Positions 8,530-18,236 of a stretch of 59,307 bases of DNA are shown piece by piece; the first letter of the stretch is position 1, and every line of letters starts with the position of its first letter. Source of the stretch: a virus (lineage: Duplodnaviria; Caudoviricetes); IMG/VR virus record IMGVR_UViG_3300017766_003746, positions 1 to 59,307 of that record. The stretch is one strand, 5' to 3'. The position numbers and the translations under genes were made by a program. Under the pieces are notes generated by a model that searched no databases, was not told the DNA's origin, and saw only the letters and a program-made list of their open reading frames with translations.

Positions 8530-9380
8530 TTGCGAGCGAAGCAAACCGCGCCATCCTGCGGGCGCTATGGCACCGCCACTGCGAAGACGTGGCCGCCGCC
8601 GAAGTGAACGTGCCGACGGCCACGGGCAAGGGCGTGACGAGCCAGCGCATGGACTTTCTGGCCATTGCCCCGAGCTGGTCGAAACCCCGCGTGATCTGCT
8701 ACGAAGTGAAGGTGGACCGCCGCGACTTCGTGCATGATACGAAGTGGCAAGCCTACCTGAAGACGTGCCACGAATTGATTTTCGTCACCAAGGCCGGGGT
8801 GGCGACGCTGGCCGAGATTCCCGAGGAAGCCGGATGGCAGGAATTGAGCGCCAACGGCAAGGTGCTGATGACCCGCAAGAAAGCACCACGCCACAAGCTG
8901 GACGTGAACGTCGAAGCCGGGCTTTACAAGCACCTCCTGATGCGGATCGGCAAAAAGGGATTCGTGCCCAACCGCGAATTCTTTGAAGACTGGCTGCGCA
9001 CGAAGCGCGAAGAGCGCGTGCTCGGCCGCATGGTGGGCCGGGAGCTGGCCGTCACGGTGGCCGAGCGCCTGCGCACGATGAAACGCGACGTGGACGCCGC
9101 CAACGCCCGCAGCGAAAAGCTGGAAGGCATTCGCGAAACCCTGAAGGCGCTGGGGATCCCCAACCCCGACACGTGGGCCTTGCACCAGCTTTCCTATGGC
9201 TTGGAACGCGAGCTGAAGCGCCGCCTGCATGCACAGCAGATCAGCGGGGCGCTGGCGGAAGTGCCGCGCCTGAGTGACGAAATGAAGGCGCTGGCGCAAA
9301 ACCTCGGGCGCGTGGGCGACCTGCTGCGCAAGATCGACGACGCCGCCCGGGAGGAAGCCGAGCGCAACCCCGCCGCCTGA
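8526..9380 (+). CDS. MmcB-like PD-(D/E)xK nuclease-fold protein
   Basis: EV..RMDFLAI..CYEVKVDRRDF..D.KWQAY. Confidence 0.75.
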   Translation: MIASEANRAILRALWHRHCEDVAAAEVNVPTATGKGVTSQRMDFLAIAPSWSKPRVICYEVKVDRRDFVHDTKWQAYLKTCHELIFVTKAGVATLAEIPEEAGWQELSANGKVLMTRKKAPRHKLDVNVEAGLYKHLLMRIGKKGFVPNREFFEDWLRTKREERVLGRMVGRELAVTVAERLRTMKRDVDAANARSEKLEGIRETLKALGIPNPDTWALHQLSYGLERELKRRLHAQQISGALAEVPRLSDEMKALAQNLGRVGDLLRKIDDAAREEAERNPAA

Positions 9381-9382
9381 CC

Positions 9383-9712
9383 ATGCCCGTCGATTGGAGC
9401 CGATACCCCGACAACTGGCCCCGAGTGGTGCGCGTGATCCGCCGCCGCTCGGGGAACCGGTGCGAGTGGTGCCAGGCTGCCAACGGCGAGCCCCACCCGG
9501 TGACCGGCAGCCGCGTGGTGCTGACCACCGCCCACCTCGGCGAGCCCTACGCCATGGGGGCCGACAAGCACGACAAGCGCGACATCCGCGCCGAAAACTT
9601 GGCGCACCTTTGCCAGCGGTGCCACCTGAACCACGACCGCGAAGAACACCGTGTGAATGCTTCGCGCACAAGAGCCGAAAGGCAGGGCGCTGGCACGCCG
9701 CTGATGCTCTAA
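9383..9712 (+). CDS. HNH-like Zn-binding protein
   Basis: RCEWC..VLTTAHL..NLAHLCQRCHLNHD. Confidence 0.8.
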   Translation: MPVDWSRYPDNWPRVVRVIRRRSGNRCEWCQAANGEPHPVTGSRVVLTTAHLGEPYAMGADKHDKRDIRAENLAHLCQRCHLNHDREEHRVNASRTRAERQGAGTPLML

Positions 9713-9783
9713 AAATAAAGGCTCGCCAGAAACCGGCCAGCGTGTTAATAACCCGGCAACAACTTTCCCAACCCCACACCGAT

Positions 9784-10449
9784 ATGACCGACAACAACAA
9801 CCTGGTGGCGTTTCCCGCCACGATTCCACAAGAGGGCCACGAATGGGTGGCCGCATTCCGCCAGCCCGTGCCCATGCAAGGGATGGCCAACCTCTGCAAA
9901 GCCATTGCCGAGTGCTACGGCGAAGACGCGAAGATTTCACCCACGGGTGAATGGATCGCGGTTTCCGGCAAGCGCCCCGGCGAATTCAAGCCGACGACGC
10001 GGCCGGCGCGAAACTGGCGCGTCTGCGAAGTGCACCCGGAAGACGCCGACGACGGCGGGGTTTTCACGGCGATCACGCCCGAGCTGGCCGCCGCGGCGAT
10101 GCTGAAGCGCCACCCCAGCGTGGCCGACTTCGACCGCCTTTACGTGTGGCCCGACGGCGAAGCGCCAGGCCCCGACAACCTGCTTTTCGTGCCCACCAAG
10201 GCCCTGCAATTCGCCGAAGCTGCGATGGCCAAGAAAGTGCCCGAGGAAGAGGAACTGCCGCTGCGCAAATGCGACTGCGGGCAAAGCATGGAGTTTGACA
10301 GCGACGTGCACAGCAACGGGATCGGCGACTACTTCGTGAAGTGCCCGTGCTGCGGTGCCGAAAGCAGCCAGGTGCAATGCGAGGGCCGACGGCAGGCCGT
10401 TGAACGATGGAACGCCCGCACCATGAAAGGCCACGATTTCGAAGGATAA
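9784..10449 (+). CDS. Hypothetical protein with C-terminal Lar-like (restriction alleviation) Zn ribbon
   Basis: LRKCDCG..VKCPCCGA..AVERWNAR. Confidence 0.6.
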   Translation: MTDNNNLVAFPATIPQEGHEWVAAFRQPVPMQGMANLCKAIAECYGEDAKISPTGEWIAVSGKRPGEFKPTTRPARNWRVCEVHPEDADDGGVFTAITPELAAAAMLKRHPSVADFDRLYVWPDGEAPGPDNLLFVPTKALQFAEAAMAKKVPEEEELPLRKCDCGQSMEFDSDVHSNGIGDYFVKCPCCGAESSQVQCEGRRQAVERWNARTMKGHDFEG

Positions 10450-10471
10450 CCCCCAACCCCACACCAACCCC

Positions 10472-10963
10472 ATGAACTATCAGAAAACCATTGTCGGCGG
10501 GCGATTCACCCACGACCACGAACTGCGCTACACCCCGAAGGGCACCGCCGTGCTTTCCAACACCATCGCGGTGAACCGCACGGCCAAGGACGCCGCAGGC
10601 AACAAACAGGAATCCGTGACCTACTTCGACGTCAAGGCGTGGGGGCTGACTGCGGAAAACCTTCACAACTACACCGGCAAGGGCTCGCCGATTCTGGCCG
10701 AAATGCGGATGGAAAACGAGCGGTGGGAAGACAAGCAGACCGGCCAGCCGCGAAGCAAAAACGTCTTCGTGATTGAAACCTTCAGCTTCGTGGAAAGCGC
10801 CAAGGACGCCGCACAGCGCGGCGAGCAACGCCCGCGGGATGGACAGCAGCGCCAGCAGCCGCAAGGCCAGCCACAGGGCGGCCAGCCGCAGCGTGGCCAG
10901 CCACAAGGTGGCCAAACGGGATTCCAAGACACCTTCGACGAAGACGACGATATTCCCTTTTAG
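10472..10963 (+). CDS. ssb: Single-stranded DNA-binding protein
   Basis: ELRYTPKGTAV OB-fold, Q/G-rich linker, acidic tail DDDIPF. Confidence 0.95.
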   Translation: MNYQKTIVGGRFTHDHELRYTPKGTAVLSNTIAVNRTAKDAAGNKQESVTYFDVKAWGLTAENLHNYTGKGSPILAEMRMENERWEDKQTGQPRSKNVFVIETFSFVESAKDAAQRGEQRPRDGQQRQQPQGQPQGGQPQRGQPQGGQTGFQDTFDEDDDIPF

Positions 10964-11016
10964 AAAGGGACTTTTCACCTTGACCGGAAAAGACCCGGCG
11001 GCGATGCTGCGGCCCC

Positions 11017-11475
11017 ATGGATGACCTGAAAACATGCTTCAAATGCGGAGTTCCCAAACCACGATCCGAGTTCTACGCGCACAAGCGAATGGCAGACGGC
11101 CTTCTTGGAAAGTGCAAGGCGTGCACCAAAGCCGACACGGCCGCCAATGCGGCCCGCCAGATGGCCACCAACCCGCTTTTCCAGATCGTGGAAGGTGCCA
11201 GGCAACGGGCCAAGGCCGAGCGCCGACGGAAGGAAGGCAAGGCTTCACCAGTGAAGGCGGAAACCGTGAAGGCATGGCGGCAACGCAACCGCGAAAAGGT
11301 GCGTTGCCACAGCGCCGTGGCGAGGGCCATCAGATCCGGCAAGCTGGCGCGTGGGCCGTGCGAAGTGTGCGGCACCACCGACAACGTGCACGCACACCAC
11401 GACGACTACAGCAAGCCGCTGGAAGTGCGCTGGCTATGCGCCGCCCATCACAGCTACACGCACACCGACTTTTGA
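11017..11475 (+). CDS. HNH-like endonuclease / Zn-finger protein
   Basis: KTCFKCG..EFY..CKAC; CEVCG..HAHHDDYSKPLEVRWLC..HH. Confidence 0.8.
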   Translation: MDDLKTCFKCGVPKPRSEFYAHKRMADGLLGKCKACTKADTAANAARQMATNPLFQIVEGARQRAKAERRRKEGKASPVKAETVKAWRQRNREKVRCHSAVARAIRSGKLARGPCEVCGTTDNVHAHHDDYSKPLEVRWLCAAHHSYTHTDF

Positions 11476-11478
11476 CCG

Positions 11479-11763
11479 ATGGCCAGCAGCAAGCGAATCG
11501 ACAAGGTGCCCCGCGCCGTGCGGGAGCCGGAAAAATACGTGACCATCACCGGAGTGGCCGACCCCGTGCCGCTCCGGTTTGTGGGTGCCGCCTGCCCCGG
11601 ATGCGGGCGAGCGATTACCGACGGGGGCGCATTCCTGAACCATGAACGGAAAACCATTGAATTTTGGCGCTGCGCGTCGTGCGGTGGCTACGCTTTCGAG
11701 CCTTACCCCGAGATCCGGGCCGACCCGCCCGGCCACTGCGGAGCTGGCGCGACTGCTGGCTGA
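11479..11763 (+). CDS. Small Zn-ribbon protein
   Basis: CPGCG..CASCG. Confidence 0.55.
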   Translation: MASSKRIDKVPRAVREPEKYVTITGVADPVPLRFVGAACPGCGRAITDGGAFLNHERKTIEFWRCASCGGYAFEPYPEIRADPPGHCGAGATAG

Positions 11764-12073
11764 TGCCGCCGAAGCCGCCACGGGCGTTCCTGCATGGCAG
11801 GTGATGGGCCGTGGCAGGCCTGCGAAGGTGGCCATCGTGCGGCAAGTGATCTACTTCATTTTGCGGGAGTGCTGCGCGGCGACGTGGGAGGAAGCGGGGG
11901 CGGCATTCGACCGCGACCACGGCACGGCAATCCACGGCCACCGGGTGGTTTCCACCATGCTGAAGGTGGAAGCCGACGACAGCCACAGGCCCACGGCCGC
12001 GCTGATTCGAAACCTTTGCGCCGCCACCGAATTGCCGGTGCCGAAAGCGGCCGACGAAACGCCGGGCTTGTAA
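11642..12073 (+). CDS. DnaA domain IV-like HTH protein
   Basis: GRGR..VAIVRQVIYFILRE..EAGAAFDRDHGTAIHG matches the DnaA C-terminal signature (RDHTTV); start uncertain. Confidence 0.75.
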   Translation: MNGKPLNFGAARRAVATLSSLTPRSGPTRPATAELARLLADAAEAATGVPAWQVMGRGRPAKVAIVRQVIYFILRECCAATWEEAGAAFDRDHGTAIHGHRVVSTMLKVEADDSHRPTAALIRNLCAATELPVPKAADETPGL

Positions 12074-12116
12074 GAATGCCAGGGGCTTGTCATGGTGGCG
12101 CATCGCCCGCACCGCC

Positions 12117-13607
12117 ATGGCCGCCAAACCGAAAACCATCCCTTACACCGGAAAGCCCGCCAACGCCAAAAGCGCGGCGACATACCGGGCCGAGCATCCC
12201 GACTACGTGGCATCCCTTTCCCGATGGGAACGCATTCGCGACGTGGTGGGCGGATCCGACGCCGTGAAGGCCAAGGGCACCACCTACCTGCCCGCCCTGC
12301 ATGAGCAGGAATCGAAGGATTACGAACGCTTCAAGACGCGGGCCGTGTTCTTCAACGCGACCGGGCGCACCCTTTCCGCGCTGGTGGGCCTGCTGATGCG
12401 CAAGACCCCCGAGCTGGCCAACGACGACGCGCTGGCCGACTTCATGGCCGACGTGGACGTGCAAGGCACCGCCTTCAACGAATACGTGCGCACCGTGTGC
12501 GAGGAAATGAACGGGCCGGGCCACGGCGGCACCCTGATCGATTGGAGCGACGAAGAATCCCGCCCGTATTTCGCGCACTACCTTTCCGAAGACGTCACCA
12601 ACTGGAACGTCGAGCGACTGAACGGCCGCAACGTGCTGACCATGCTGACCCTGCGGGAAACCGGGCACACGCTGAACGCCACCACCCTCGAGCACGACGA
12701 AACCGAAACTTTCCGCGTGTTCCGGCTGATCGACGGCCGGGTGGAACTGGAAGTGACCGTCTGCATTTCCGGCGCTGAAAGCCGCAGCGAAACCAAGGAA
12801 CTGAAGCGCCGCGGCAAAGCCCTGCCCGCCATCCCCTTTGTGTTCCACACCCTGAAGGGAAACAAGCCGACCGTGTGCAAGCCGCCGCTGGAAGACATGG
12901 CGGAAATCAACCTTTCGCACTACCGCACCAGCGCGGACTTGGAAAACGGCCGCCACGTGGCCGGGCTTCCCACACCCTACGCTTTCGGCTTCGACCCCAA
13001 GGAAGACCTCACGATGGGCACCACGCATGCGTGGATTTCCGACAACACCGAAGCCAAGGTGGGCTTTCTGGAATTCACCGGCAGCGGCCTGACCGACCTC
13101 AAGGACGCGCTGAAGGAAAAGCAAGAGCAGATGGCCATCATGGGGGCCCGCATGATCGAGCCCCAAAAGAACGAAGCGGAAACCTTCGGCACGGTGAAGC
13201 TGCGGGCCGATGCCGAGCAAAGCACGCTGGTGAACGTCGCCGAAACCGCCAGCGCCACACTGAGCCTTTGCCTTCAGTGGGCAGCCTGGTGGATCGGCAC
13301 CGCGGCGACGCCACGCGACCTTGCCGAAAGCAACTACATCGTGCTTTCCACCGACTTCGTGGGCGCGAAGATGGACGGCCAGACCTTCACCGCGCTGGTG
13401 GGTGCCCTCCAGATGGGCGCGATTTCGTGGCCGACGTTCTTCTACAACCTGCAGCAAGGCGAGGTTTACAAGGACGGCTGGACAGAGGAAGACGAAGTGG
13501 ACGCCATGGCCAAGGCCCCGGTGCTTACCCCGCCGAAGAGCCCCGAGCCGAAGCCGGATCCGAACGCCGACCCAGGCAAGCAGGGCGGTGGCGCGGCCGG
13601 CGCGTGA
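12117..13607 (+). CDS. Portal protein (DUF4055-like)
   Basis: HPDY..YLP..Y.RFKTRAVFFNATGRT..PPLEDMAEINLSHYR.SAD; size and position before MuF. Confidence 0.88.
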   Translation: MAAKPKTIPYTGKPANAKSAATYRAEHPDYVASLSRWERIRDVVGGSDAVKAKGTTYLPALHEQESKDYERFKTRAVFFNATGRTLSALVGLLMRKTPELANDDALADFMADVDVQGTAFNEYVRTVCEEMNGPGHGGTLIDWSDEESRPYFAHYLSEDVTNWNVERLNGRNVLTMLTLRETGHTLNATTLEHDETETFRVFRLIDGRVELEVTVCISGAESRSETKELKRRGKALPAIPFVFHTLKGNKPTVCKPPLEDMAEINLSHYRTSADLENGRHVAGLPTPYAFGFDPKEDLTMGTTHAWISDNTEAKVGFLEFTGSGLTDLKDALKEKQEQMAIMGARMIEPQKNEAETFGTVKLRADAEQSTLVNVAETASATLSLCLQWAAWWIGTAATPRDLAESNYIVLSTDFVGAKMDGQTFTALVGALQMGAISWPTFFYNLQQGEVYKDGWTEEDEVDAMAKAPVLTPPKSPEPKPDPNADPGKQGGGAAGA

Positions 13608-13623
13608 TGCGCAAATTTTCGCA
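13608..13623 (+). repeat. Palindrome A copy 5, C variant (abuts the portal stop codon)
   Basis: TGCGCAAATTTTCGCA. Confidence 0.93.
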
Positions 13624-13634
13624 CCCCCTGACCG

Positions 13635-16600
13635 ATGGCCGACAACATCACCACCCAACTGGCCGATGAAGCCAAGGCGCACACCATTGACCTGCTGCGG
13701 ATCGAAGCGGGGATGCGCAAGCAGGTGGTTGGCATGCTGGAAGAGCTGGAAACCGACCTGCTGAAGCAACTGGCCAGCACCGACCTGACCACGGCCAAAA
13801 AGGAACGGCTTCAGGCCTTCCTCGAGCAAACCAGCGCCCAAGTTTCCAGCGCCTACAAGCAGATCGCCGACATTGGCGAGGCGAACCTCGAAAAGGTGGC
13901 GACGATTACCAGCAAGCAGACGGCCAAGAGCCTTGACGCCAGCCTGAAGGTGAACCTCGGCACCGTGCTTTCCCCGCAGCAACTGACCGCCATCGCACGC
14001 GGGCCGGTGGTCGAAGGCAGCCCCATGAAAGACTGGTGGGAAGGCCAAGACATTGCCGCGCAACGGCGCTTTCGCGGGGCGATTCAGCAAGGGCTTTTGC
14101 TGGGTGAAGACATGGCGGCCATTCAACGGCGCGTGCGCGGCACCAAGGCCAGCGGCTACAGCGACGGGGCGCTTTCGGTTTCCAAGCGCGAAGCCCAAGC
14201 CCTGACCCGCACCGCGGTGCAATCGGTGGCCAACCAAGCGAAGCTGGACACCCTGAAGGAAAACGACGACGTCGTGAAGGGCATCGAATGGGTGGCGACG
14301 CTGGACGCCCGCACCACGAAAACGTGCATGGCGCTGGACGGCAAGCAGTGGCGCTTGCCCGACCTGAAGCCCATCGGGCACGACAAGCAGTTTCCCGGGC
14401 CGGTGGCGCACTGGGGATGCCGCAGCACGCAAGTGGCGGTGACCTATTCGTGGGCCGAGCTGGCGAAAAAGAAGCTGGCCGCCAAAAAGGGCGCGACCTT
14501 CCAAGAGGCCTTCCAAAAGCGGCTGCAAGAGCAGGGATTCACGCCCGAGGAAGCCGCCAAGATCGAAGCCAACCAACGCGCCAGCATGGACGGCCAAGTT
14601 TCCGATTCCAAGGACTGGCAGGCGTGGCTGAAGGGCAAGGGCGACGAATTCGCACTCGAAAAGCTGGGCCCCGGGCGCTTCAAGCTTTGGAAGGAAGGCA
14701 AGCTGACCCTTTCCGACCTGACCGACCAGCAGGGCCGGGAGCTGACCCTTGCCGAGCTGGAAGCCGCAATCGACGGCGGCAAACCCGCGCCCGAGACTGA
14801 AGGCCGCACCTTCGACTTCAAGCCGTCGGGTGGCGTGCCGAGCTACACCGCCGCACAGGAAGCCGCCGCCAAGGTGGCCGTGATGGCAGAGCAGCAGCAG
14901 GCCGCCGCCGCGAAGCTGGCCGAATATAAGGCGACCGCCGAAGGCCAGACGCTGAAAAACAAGTGGGCGAAAAAGGTCGACAGCGAACTGGGGGACGCCC
15001 CGGCCGCTGACAAGGTGGCGTGGGTGGAAGCCAAGGCCGCCGAAGAGCAGGCGGCGAAGAGCAAGGCCAGCGTGCTTTCCACGGCCAAGAAAAAGCTGCT
15101 GGCGGGCGAGGCACCGACCCCGGCGCAACAAAAGCTGATCGACAGCCTCACGCCCGAGGAAAAGCAGAATTTCGACGAAGCGGTGGCCGACGCCAAGGGC
15201 GCGGTGGCCGCCAAGCTGGCCGAAGACAACGCCGCGCAAGAACTGAAGGCGATGGCAGCGACCGGGCACCCGCTGGAAAAGCAGGCCGCAGCAACCGCGC
15301 CGATGAACGGCGGCAGCGCCGTCGAGCAACTGGCATTCGCCAAGGCCGACGCCAGCAGCAAGGCGCTTTCGACCCTGCAGCAGATTGCCACGGTGCCCGA
15401 GGGCCAGACGCTGAAGCACAAGAGCCTTGCCCAACTGCTGGGGGTGAAAGACGTCCAGACCGGCGACGCGATGACCAAACTCGCGAGCCACCCCGAGCCG
15501 TTGGAACTGCTGAAGCAGGTGGAAACCACCGCCGCCGAAAAGCAGGCACAGGCGAGCGCCGCGGCGAAGATCAGCGGGGCGAAAAAGAAGTGGCTGGCCG
15601 GGGAGCCATTCACGGCCGCACAGCAAGCCGCATGGGACACGCTGGCACCAGAGCAGCAACAAAGCTACCTCGACACGTGGGCCGAGCTGAAGGCCAAGGC
15701 CGTGCCCACGGTGCCGCCAGCCGCAGCCGGTGGCCAGACGCTGACCGCGCCCGACATCACGCCGCACGGACCAACGAATCAAGATACGTTGATCCCGCCG
15801 CCCGACGGGCTGGTGAAGCTGCAAGACCTGAGTGGATCCACCAAGCCGATTCTGACCGAAGACCCGGTGACCGGCAAAAAGTGGGTGGTGAAGGATTCCA
15901 GCCGGGGCGGTGGTGGCCCTGACCACTTCCAGAGCGAAGCGCTCGCCGATGCCCTTTACCGGGCCGCCGGTGCCAACGTGCCCGCTTCCGCGGTGACGAT
16001 GAAGGGCAAGGCCGCCATCAAGGTGGCCGAATACCTGGAAGGCGGCCAAACCCTTGGCCAGTGGCAGCAGGGGAAGAGCAAGGCGGAAATCGACGCGATG
16101 AACCGCAAGCTTCAAGACCACTTCGTCACCGACGCGCTGCTGGCCAACTGGGACGTGGCGGGCCTTTCCAACGACAACATTCTGGTGCTGAAGGATGGCA
16201 CGCCGGTGCGGATCGACAACGGCGGGGCGCTTTTCTTCCGCGCCCAAGGCGGTGCCAAGAAACTGCCGCCGGAAGTGGCCGAGCTGAAGACGCTCCGCGA
16301 CGCCAGCCTGAACCCGCAGACTGCGAAAATTTTCGCAGGCATCACCCAAGACCAGATCAACAGCCAGATTTCCGACCTGGTGGCCCGCAAGGCGGCGATT
16401 CTGGACGCCGCGAAGATCGACCCCAAGGTGCAAGCCGCGCTGAAGGCCCGCCTCGAGTGGCTGGAAAAGCAACTGCCAGCCGATGCCCGGAAAACCCCGG
16501 CCGCCGACCTCGCGCCGGCCGCGCCAGGCCAGATTCCCGCCGACATCGCCAAGCGGCTGGACACCGGCAAGCGCGGGGCGGGCACCGCACTGGTGGGCGA

Positions 16601-18236
16601 CGGCGACGCCATCGAAGACCAGCAAATCGTCGTGTGGCGGGAGAAAAGCCCGGCCGGTGAAACGCTGGTGAAGATGGAAGCCGACCTGACCATTGAAGGG
16701 AGCAACCGCATCATGAAGGTGCTGGAAGCCGCGGGGATCGACACCGCCAGCAAAGGGGCCGCCTCGAGCCCCTACGCCGCGCCCAAGCCCGCGGGCATGC
16801 ACCCGGCTGATGACTACTGGTCGAAGATTGAGGCGGCAGCCAAGACGGTTTCCACGCACGCCGCCGACGGCAACTACAACGCGGCGACGCTGGCCAACTA
16901 CGAAGCCGCCAAGGTGGAACTGCTGAAGGCCGCCAACGACCCGGCCACGGCAGCGGATCCGCAAAAGGTGGCCATGCTGAAGCACTACGCCGACGCCGTG
17001 GCGAAGATCGACGCCGCCAAGGCCGCAGGCAAGGCACTGGTGAAAGGCGAGCTTTCCAGCTACGTGGTGCCGCCAGGCTGGAAGCCACCGACCGCCAAGG
17101 CGAAAGCCGCCGACGGCGATCTGGACGGGTGGGCCGTCACGCGGCTGGACCGCTTCGACTTCACGGTGAAGGAACTGAAGGGCGACATCCTGACCGACAC
17201 CGGAGTGGTGAACCGCACCGCCGACCATGGCCGGATTTTCCGCATTTCGAAAGGCCCGGTGGAAGTCACGGTGCTGGCCTACCGGGAAGACGCAACCACG
17301 GGATCGGGCAGCAAGCGGAGCATGCAAGGCACGCTGCGGGTGAACATCAAGGGCACCGACGACCCGGCCGCCATCGAAGCCGGGCTGCAAGCCATTCACA
17401 AGCTGGGGATCGATGCCGCGCCACCGACCGATGCGCAACGCGAACTGCTTTACCTCCACAAGGTGGTGGCGCTGCGGCGCGACAACACCGACACCACCTA
17501 CAGCGGGATCCTGAAGAACGCGGCGCTTTCCGACGCCCAAAAGGTCGATGCCGTGAAAGACTGGGCCGAAAAGAAATACGGCGTGACGCTTCCCCGCGAC
17601 AAGAGCGGCTGGGGCGATGCCTACAACCCCGAGGGCTACGCCCCGAGCAACGGCACCGGATACCGGCAATGGACGCGGTGGGACGTGCCACCGAAGGAAC
17701 GCGACAAGATCGTGAAGGGGAAGGTGCTTTTCCACGCGACCAGCGACATCGAACGCACGTTTCTGGCGTGGGTGGAAAACGGCGGCAACGCCACCACGAC
17801 CATGGACCGGCTGCGCACCGGGGTGGGCCTTTCGGCGACCGGCGGCGCGTCGAGCGACAGCGACATCAACGCCGGGGGCGGCGAATTCCTTTACACGAAC
17901 ACCACCACGAAGACGAAGGCCGACAAGCTGACCGGTTTTCAATTCAAGGGCAGGAACATTGCCCGGGTGGATATTCGCAGCGACATCGGCGACAGTTTCG
18001 GACGATGGGAAGCAGCCAACAGCCGCCGCGGCGAGCTGGCCGACATTGCGGCCCAAAGCGGCATTGGCATTTCGATCAACACCGGACTGTTGAAGAACGG
18101 CATCAACCTTTTCGACGAACTGGAAGTGCTGCGCACCGGCAGCGCCACCAAACGAGCCAGCATCATTTCCAAGCTGAAGGCCATGGGCTTCAGCACGTGG
18201 CCAGACGGCCGCAACCTTGAAGACGTGATCCAATGA
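13635..18236 (+). CDS. MuF/SPP1 gp7-like minor head protein with C-terminal effector extension (kinase-like domain plus unknown domain)
   Basis: EWVATLDARTT..C.ALDG..GPVAHWGCRS MuF core; later WVVK..SEALADALY..DALLANWD..DN..RIDNGG. Confidence 0.88.
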   Translation: MADNITTQLADEAKAHTIDLLRIEAGMRKQVVGMLEELETDLLKQLASTDLTTAKKERLQAFLEQTSAQVSSAYKQIADIGEANLEKVATITSKQTAKSLDASLKVNLGTVLSPQQLTAIARGPVVEGSPMKDWWEGQDIAAQRRFRGAIQQGLLLGEDMAAIQRRVRGTKASGYSDGALSVSKREAQALTRTAVQSVANQAKLDTLKENDDVVKGIEWVATLDARTTKTCMALDGKQWRLPDLKPIGHDKQFPGPVAHWGCRSTQVAVTYSWAELAKKKLAAKKGATFQEAFQKRLQEQGFTPEEAAKIEANQRASMDGQVSDSKDWQAWLKGKGDEFALEKLGPGRFKLWKEGKLTLSDLTDQQGRELTLAELEAAIDGGKPAPETEGRTFDFKPSGGVPSYTAAQEAAAKVAVMAEQQQAAAAKLAEYKATAEGQTLKNKWAKKVDSELGDAPAADKVAWVEAKAAEEQAAKSKASVLSTAKKKLLAGEAPTPAQQKLIDSLTPEEKQNFDEAVADAKGAVAAKLAEDNAAQELKAMAATGHPLEKQAAATAPMNGGSAVEQLAFAKADASSKALSTLQQIATVPEGQTLKHKSLAQLLGVKDVQTGDAMTKLASHPEPLELLKQVETTAAEKQAQASAAAKISGAKKKWLAGEPFTAAQQAAWDTLAPEQQQSYLDTWAELKAKAVPTVPPAAAGGQTLTAPDITPHGPTNQDTLIPPPDGLVKLQDLSGSTKPILTEDPVTGKKWVVKDSSRGGGGPDHFQSEALADALYRAAGANVPASAVTMKGKAAIKVAEYLEGGQTLGQWQQGKSKAEIDAMNRKLQDHFVTDALLANWDVAGLSNDNILVLKDGTPVRIDNGGALFFRAQGGAKKLPPEVAELKTLRDASLNPQTAKIFAGITQDQINSQISDLVARKAAILDAAKIDPKVQAALKARLEWLEKQLPADARKTPAADLAPAAPGQIPADIAKRLDTGKRGAGTALVGDGDAIEDQQIVVWREKSPAGETLVKMEADLTIEGSNRIMKVLEAAGIDTASKGAASSPYAAPKPAGMHPADDYWSKIEAAAKTVSTHAADGNYNAATLANYEAAKVELLKAANDPATAADPQKVAMLKHYADAVAKIDAAKAAGKALVKGELSSYVVPPGWKPPTAKAKAADGDLDGWAVTRLDRFDFTVKELKGDILTDTGVVNRTADHGRIFRISKGPVEVTVLAYREDATTGSGSKRSMQGTLRVNIKGTDDPAAIEAGLQAIHKLGIDAAPPTDAQRELLYLHKVVALRRDNTDTTYSGILKNAALSDAQKVDAVKDWAEKKYGVTLPRDKSGWGDAYNPEGYAPSNGTGYRQWTRWDVPPKERDKIVKGKVLFHATSDIERTFLAWVENGGNATTTMDRLRTGVGLSATGGASSDSDINAGGGEFLYTNTTTKTKADKLTGFQFKGRNIARVDIRSDIGDSFGRWEAANSRRGELADIAAQSGIGISINTGLLKNGINLFDELEVLRTGSATKRASIISKLKAMGFSTWPDGRNLEDVIQ
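16322..16337. repeat. Palindrome A copy 6 (deep inside the MuF CDS)
   Basis: CTGCGAAAATTTTCGCAG, an 18-bp perfect dyad. Confidence 0.95.

Noticed and set aside
10850-10915. Short tandem GGCCAGCC repeats in ssb, and CAG-rich tract at about 43315-43420
   Set aside because: They encode ordinary Q/P/G-rich linkers
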